Part shown: positions 54,340 through 64,000 of the stretch, piece by piece
Layout of the letters: every line of letters begins with the position of its first letter
How positions within the stretch are numbered: position 1 is the stretch's first letter
Source of the DNA: Lama guanicoe
Taxonomy: Eukaryota
NCBI GenBank assembly: GCA_013239625.1
Contig: MU053810.1
Coordinates: forward strand, 2,553,518 to 2,617,517
Direction: 5' to 3'
Length of the DNA stretch: 64,000 nucleotides
Notes under the pieces: model-generated
What the model was told of the DNA's origin: nothing
The model's database searches: none
What the model saw: the letters and a program-made list of their open reading frames with translations, nothing else
Made by a program: the position numbers and the translations under genes

Positions 54340-56720
54340 ACCTACCGGGTCTTAAGCCCTGGAAAGGCCTCGGGGCCGAGCCCAGGGAGGCGCTCTCAGC
54401 CCGCCCTCTCCAGGCCTGCAGGAGACCCGGCGGGGTCCTCGGCTCCAGGTTAATCAAATGAACTCAGCGCCTGCCTGGTTTTGCCCATACCCGTCCAAGG
54501 TCCCAACTGGCTGGAAAGAGAACTGGAGGAGATGGGAACGTAAGATAGGAGTATCTTATCTTAGACTAAAGAAGAAATCCTTTTCCTTGTTTAAAAAACT
54601 CAAAAACCCCCACAAAACCAAAAACGCTTCCTCCTATTCCTCCTGTCTTCTGTGTCTGTTTCAGGTTCCTAGTGGAGAGGGAGAGAGGAGACAAGAGGGA
54701 GAAAGGGAGAGAGAAAGATCGCGCGTGACAGAGAAGGGGAGAAAGAGGGAGAGAGAGAAAAGGAGAAAGAAAGCTTTAAACAAAAGACAAGGAGGTGCAG
54801 GCAGGGGTCTGAGCCTTCCTTCGGGGACCTCTTCGCCTGGAGCCTCTCCAGTCCCCCGGCCCTGCATTTTCGGGCGTTCGGCAGGCTTGGCGGAACCGGC
54901 CCGCACTCCACGCGGCTGGAGAAGTGGAGACAAAGCCCAACAACCAATTTCCTCCCAGCGCTGCTCGAGCCCGCGCCCGGGGCAGGCGGCCTGTGTTCCA
55001 GGCTCTGACCGGAGAGGGGCGCCGGGTCTTCTGCGCCGGCCCGCGGCCTCGCCGCCCGGGTCGCCCTAGCCCACCCGGTTCTCCTCGCACCACTCAGCAA
55101 GCTGCCCTCGGGAACCCGCGAGTTCAAAACACGCCTTCTCGTCGGTGAGAGCCCGGTCCCCCTCGCCACTTTCTTCCCAAGCGGAGGCAGCGTCTGCAGG
55201 GGTCTCGGCGGCGCTCCTGGCCCACGTCTGCTTCCGCGCTGGGCCTCGGAGGCCGAGCGGCCATTTACTGCCCTCTGATTGCACCGAGGACCAGGTTAGC
55301 TCATAAAGCCTTTCACACTCAACAATGGGGATTTTCTCAACAATTAACAAGAAACAACATAATAAAGCCATTTACAAAGACCTTGCTATTTACTATAAAT
55401 TAGGCACTCTTTAAGAGACCAGTGCGTAATTTCACACACTTTACAACTGGGGCTGCATTTTAAACACCCGGGAAAACAAGCTTGTTGCACTTCCCTGTGA
55501 CCTGTCTGCAGTGCACCTCTATTTCCCCTCTTCCTCTAGAAGCAGCTTTGTTTGCATTGCTGCACTCCAACCTCCCCAACCAAGGGTGGTTTTCCAGGTC
55601 ACTGTCTCACGTTTCCCGTTTCCAGGTCATCATCCCACTTTCAGAAGCACTGAGAGGTTGCAAGGGACAGGAACCACGGCGCCAAAGGAAGCAGGCCTGG
55701 CCCCATTGCGTTTCCCCCACCTAGGGGGTTCCGCCGGGCCTCGCCCGCGCCCTCCCCAGACTCCCGGCCTCAGGTCCTAAGCCACTTCCCAGGAGGCGTT
55801 CGCAGCCCCGTCGGCCAGCCCAGTGTGAAGCCCCATCTCTTTGCCACTTGCGTCCCGCACACGCTTTGTGGAGGCCTTGGTCAGCCCTCCGCCCAAGGCT
55901 AGAAGCTGGGCCCCATTTGCCTGGGGAAGAGAGCTGCGGCCTGGGTGAGAAGGTGGGAAATGACCAGGCGGCGTGTGCGTGTGCGGGGGTGAGAGATGAC
56001 TCCAGGCCACACAAAAGGCGCGCCAAGGGATGGGAGGCGGTCCAGTCCCCGAGGGCCGGCCCGGGGGAGGGGGCCAGGCCGGCCGCGCGCACCGGGGTGC
56101 AGACCCTTCGGCCCGGGGAGCGAGTTGGTTCATTCAGAGGAGAGCAAGATCTGGGCGGGAAGAAAAAGTCACAAAGAAATTTGTTTGCCACCGTGCAAGA
56201 TGGCGGCATTCGCACATCTTTCTGGTGGTGGCGGTGGCCCAGGCCAGAGAGCGAGGAGCCGCCCTGGGTCAGTGCGGTGGCCCGAGCTCCGCGCCCAGCG
56301 GGCAGGCGAGGGGGAAAGGGACCCCGACGCCCCCTCGGCCCCCTCGGCCTCCGGCCGGGCCTTCGCCAGCCCGGCCGTCCCCTGCCTTCCCTCTTAGCCC
56401 GCCAGTCCCCAGCCCCGCGCCAGCAGCCCCTGGACACTGACCCCTGTTTACAAACACAGCCTGGGGGCGGGGTGGGGCCGGCCGGAATGCGGGCTGGCGG
56501 GCTGGGGGAGGCGGCCGGCTCCCGAGGACGCCACCAGCAGAGAGGGACGAGGAGTTGGTGCGAGAGAGCGGGCCCGGCAGCTGGAAAGGACTGAACGCCT
56601 TGTTTTTGAAACTGTCAATTCCCTCAACCCCTATTGTGAGGGCTTCATGCAAAACATCTCAGGCCTTTTAAAGTAGGAGCTTGTGAGGCCGCCACAGTTT
56701 GAAAAGGAGCGAGAGGAGCG
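54340..56720. promoter_or_regulatory. CpG island 3' of SKIDA1 containing a consensus YY1 site
   Basis: CpG-dense; CAAGATGGCGGC at 56196-56207. Confidence 0.75.
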
Positions 56721-59700
56721 GGGGCCTAGGGTATGGGCAAAGAATGATAGCTGGGCCCCCCTCCTTTTTTTTTCCCCCAGCAAAAAGAGGGCCTGCCAAA
56801 CAGGTAAAATGCAGCCCTCCCCCCACCTCCTAGATCTGCCCTAAGTCCCCACCCCCCAGGCTAGTTTGCAAAATGCCCTCTGGCCTAGGGAGCAAACCAA
56901 AACCAAAGCTAGCATTAAAAATAGTTCTTCCTTCCAGGGAAGGGGAAAATCCTGGGGAAGGCCGGGGTGACTGAGAGGACTCCCTAAGGTGGACGCCCTC
57001 TTCCTCCTTGCCAATTTCCTGAGGTTAGTTGATGGGGGAGCCTTTAAATTCCCCCCCTAGTTTGGCTCCAGGAGCTCCCCTTTTCACATTCTTTTCAGCA
57101 GGAAGTTATTTTTCAAGGTGAAGCAAAACTCACCACATTTTCTGTCTTTTGTAGATGCTAATGCTTTATTTTTTTTTAATGGTTGTGTTTTTTGTTTTTG
57201 TTTTCATGGAGGATTTTTGTTTTTGTTTTCTTTGAAAGAAAAAAATGCTTTTGAGGAATTAGTCTACATCTCTTCCTGCATGCAAACAAAACTATCATTC
57301 TTCTATCAGCAGAAACTTCCAGTTCTTGTGACTGGAACTTTGAGGAATTTCTAGACCATTGAAAGTCACCCAGACACGGATAAGATAAAAATCCACACAC
57401 CAGCCCATCTAGCTTGTTATTGCTGTTTAGTGGTGGCTCCTTGTTGATTTTGAAATAAACAACCATTATTGAGATTACTCCACTGTAATCAAGTAAGTCA
57501 GTACAAAAGGATACCCACTTTAAAAAGTAAATAGTTGAAAATGAGCAAGCTGCATTTTCTAAAAAGGCAGATAACCTGACTGTGGAAGACAGAGTACATA
57601 ACATCTCTTAAAAAAAAATAATTAAATCTTCATTTCACAGTCTTATCAGGAAACTACTTTTACAGGAGACCAAAAATAACTTGTTTCCCAAAAAGTCAGA
57701 GAAGGAGCCCTTTCCTGCATTTTTTCTTATGTCTGTAAGTGTTGAGCTTTACACACAAGAATCAGTGACCCCTGGAACCATATAGTGCCTTTAAAAAAAA
57801 TTCTATCACCTGAAAACATTTAAGTGTAAAAATGCAATCTATCAATGGAGGTAACTTTTCTTTTTCTCTCAATAAGGCTTAACTTTTTGAACAAATGGGA
57901 CATTTTCAGCATCTTAGAAAATCAGGATATTGTCATTAATCAGAAACCAACCAACAGGGGGGAAAAAAACTGTGCTGAGAATAGAGCAGAATGGGAAAAC
58001 AGCTAAGGGGCTCCAAGAAATTGAAAGAATACCTTGTATTTACAAGTTACTGAATACTATTTGGTACACTTTCCTAACAGAAGCCCCAACTCAGGTTTTG
58101 CTGTGGTTGGCTGGCTTATAGTAGTACTGTGGGGTGAAATTTGTGTTCACTGCTTCTTTCCTTTTGATGGTATCACTGTGGAATGCCTCGGCCTCCATGC
58201 TGCTCATTCTCCAGTTCCTATAAACTGAAACTATTGATTCTCTGAGGGCTGGAGACCAAGTGTCAAAGCTGGAGGCCAATATTTTATGTCAGAAATTCCA
58301 CAGGGTAAATTTGTTTTAAATTGTGCTTATTCCATCTCGCAGTTGTCCCCCACCCAAGATCTGTAGGCTTCAAATATATTCTCAATTTATAATCTAGGCA
58401 CAATGATTCCATAGCCAACAGGAAAAGTACTAGTCTAAATATAGTAGTCATCATACTTTGAACTTTCTTGACTTAGCAGTAATTAAAGAGTAGAAATTAC
58501 AGACTTCCAGTGTGTGTATATCACACTTTTTACAGATTGATTTTGCAGGACAACTCACTGCACCCAAATCCTGTAATGCCTTCCAAAGAGGAAAGAAATG
58601 ATTGAAAAGCCAATTTTTCAGCTTTCTGGGGCTGTAACTGTAACTTGTACTGGCCTTTGAAATTATGAATTCAAACATGAATTCAAGGATAACATCCCCC
58701 AATTTTTGCTTTGACCATATCTATCATCCCAATAAAAAAGGATCCAGTGAACCTACATCTGGCAACATTCAAGAAGGAAAGGAAGGGAGACAGTTCAAAG
58801 CATCTGTTTACTCCATCCAAATGTATTTGGATGCAGGTACTCTCAGCCTCCATCCTTTACAATAAGAGTGAAACCACAGAGTATATACAACAATTAGGGC
58901 TGAGACCATCCAGATCTATCTGAAACATTTATAGACAAAAGGAAAATTTCAAAGGGAGTAGGAATTAAAAGGTTAAGGCAGGGAGGGGGGGAAATGACTG
59001 AATTTCCATAAAAAATAGTGACTTAAATTCACACAGTAAATATTTCATTGATGTTTTGTTTTGTTTTGTGATTTATGAGCTATAGAAGCAGCTTCTTAGG
59101 TTTAGGATGGCAAAGATCTGAGATACATAACTTGTCAGACTAGGGGAGGTGGACCTCAAATTATTAGATTTAACTTTCATCACAATAGCAATTGATCTCT
59201 TCTTCACTTTCTTAAACCTGAAACCTTTTGCACATGATTTGTAACAATCTTCTAAAGTATTGTTATTTAGGAAGAAATCCACTAGTGTTTTTCATAGAAC
59301 CTGACTGGCCTCATCACATGGTATTACAACAAAACTACACCCAATAAAATGCATTTCTTTCAGGCAAAAACATTACAAGTGAAAATGTCAACAAAACCAT
59401 TCATTCCTGTTAACTGTTCTTCAATCTGGAATAAGTAGAAATGTATGGAACCAGGAATTTTAAACAGTGTTTTTAATTGAAAATAAAGCTAAAGCATGCT
59501 TTTCAACAGTGCAAATTTCCATAATTTTGATTTACTGCTTCCATCATCACAACATAGTACACCAGCATGGCCCTTACCAAGGGCTAGACCCTAACCATTT
59601 GTATGTTGAACTACTTTGATTTTAAGTGCAAATATAGATAGTCACCTCTGATTGTCACTTGCAGTAGAAACTCTCCTGCTCTATACACAGGATGGTCTGA

Positions 59701-60744
59701 AAACAGAAGTTTAGAGAGATGCAGAGAAAGTAAAAGGTAATAAAATCCAAGTGCCTGAGTTCTGGTACCAAAAAGCCCTGAAATAACTTACTTTTCATTT
59801 GGGGTATTCTTACAATTCTGACCCATTTTACTTTTCTTGGTCGTATTTACTGCTTTGTCACTATGAAGAGTCAGACCATAAAATATCCTGCTATTAAGAG
59901 AAATATTTTAATTGTTTAGCAAGTTTGAGGAGTCATGTTCAGACCACAAGGTAAGCAGGACAATAGTAAGAGTGACCTAATTTAAAACCTTTGGGTGAGA
60001 ACACAAAAAGGACTTTTCCAATTGCAAGGAGTGGCTGTAAAAGTAAAATCACACCCTTTACCAAAAAAAAAAAAAAAGACAATCCTATATTTATTTAACT
60101 CAGTATATATGAGGCAGCTTTTACCAGCATTCAATCAGAATTCCCCAATCTTTCCACTCAAAAAAATAAAATAAGTGCAACTACTCTTGGAGAGGAAATG
60201 AGGGGAGAAAAAGCATAAGATACCCCACAAACAAGAGCTCCAGAAAAGAACACTTTGGGCTCACAGAAACTTCTTGCTACCTCACTGTGTAACCATGTAA
60301 CCTAACAAACTTTCACTGAATTAACAGTTACACTTGCAGGCCTGAAATCTAGTGCATAAACTTAATGGCTCATTGTAATATTTATTATTCAACCTTTTGA
60401 CATTTATTTGTAGCAGTTGAATTGAGGTACCGGGTGCATTATTAGCATTGAAACAGTAAAGTGTTCCAGCTCTGCCGTAATAACTGAGTTTTACTTGAGT
60501 CTTTAGCCTGAAGTATAGTCTGTGGAATGTAAACCAACCCTTCTCCCACCCCGCCCCCACCCTACTCCAAAAAAAAAAAAAACCCGCAATGGAAAAAAAA
60601 GTAATCCGATTTCTGTCTTCAAAATGCGATAAACCAGGACTCCAAAAGGGGTGTAACACATTAATGGACTTGTACAAACCATCCTGTGCAGTTTACAACA
60701 AAAGGAAGGTAATATGGTTCAAGAAAATATCTTCCAAAACGCTT

Positions 60745-63588
<2,844 letters not shown>

Positions 63589-64000
63589 CTAAGCGAAATT
63601 ATTGGGGAAAAAAAACATGAAATTACACTGACTTGATTCTTGCTTTTTTTTTGGTTTTCGTTTTTTTAAAAAAGAGGGAAAAAACCATCCGGTTTCTGAT
63701 CTGCCAGTGTGTTGGTCTAAGTCCCCGATGCAGATCAGTACCTGGGCCCCTCTATTCCTTCCTTCTCCATTGGAGCACTATGATAATGGAATGTGAAGGA
63801 AGAAAGAGAAAAGAAATGCAGCTGCTATTCCCGCCGCTGCTTTAGCTACAAATAAAATGACAGAGTGAAGTGAGCTCGTCCGGAGACACCTTCATCAATT
63901 AATTCCCCTAAAGCCAGCGCTGATTGGACACTCCTGACAGGTGATGCAATAAAAATTGATATTCCACCCCTTCCCCCCAAAATCTCCCACTAATTAGCAT

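Noticed and set aside
54458..56652. Long ORFs (203-248 aa) in the 3' CpG island
   Set aside because: GC-driven, low-complexity ORFs with no homology I recognise.

Overview
Mammalian genomic DNA, most likely camelid, judged from the many tRNA-Ala-derived Vic-1-type SINEs. The window covers the 3' side of the SKIDA1 locus. The left ~38.5 kb is repeat-dense intergenic DNA (SINEs, L1, L2/MIR, MaLR/ERV LTRs, hAT and Tigger DNA transposons) holding three L1-made mRNA retrocopies. These are a cap-to-poly(A) PABPC1 copy whose internal deletion leaves an uninterrupted 371-aa RRM1-4-only ORF, a degenerate COPS9 (CSNAP/MYEOV2) copy absent from the ORF track, and an RPS17 copy nested in an L1. The right ~25 kb is nearly free of recognisable transposons and contains four CpG islands, enhancer-like segments and the complete single-exon SKIDA1 CDS (minus strand, 893 aa). 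The best novelty candidate is the MLLE-less PABPC1 retrogene. Next are an apparent contraction of a SKIDA1 polyalanine tract and a uORF/hairpin just upstream of its start codon. Comparisons to human proteins and repeat-family names are from memory and need database confirmation.
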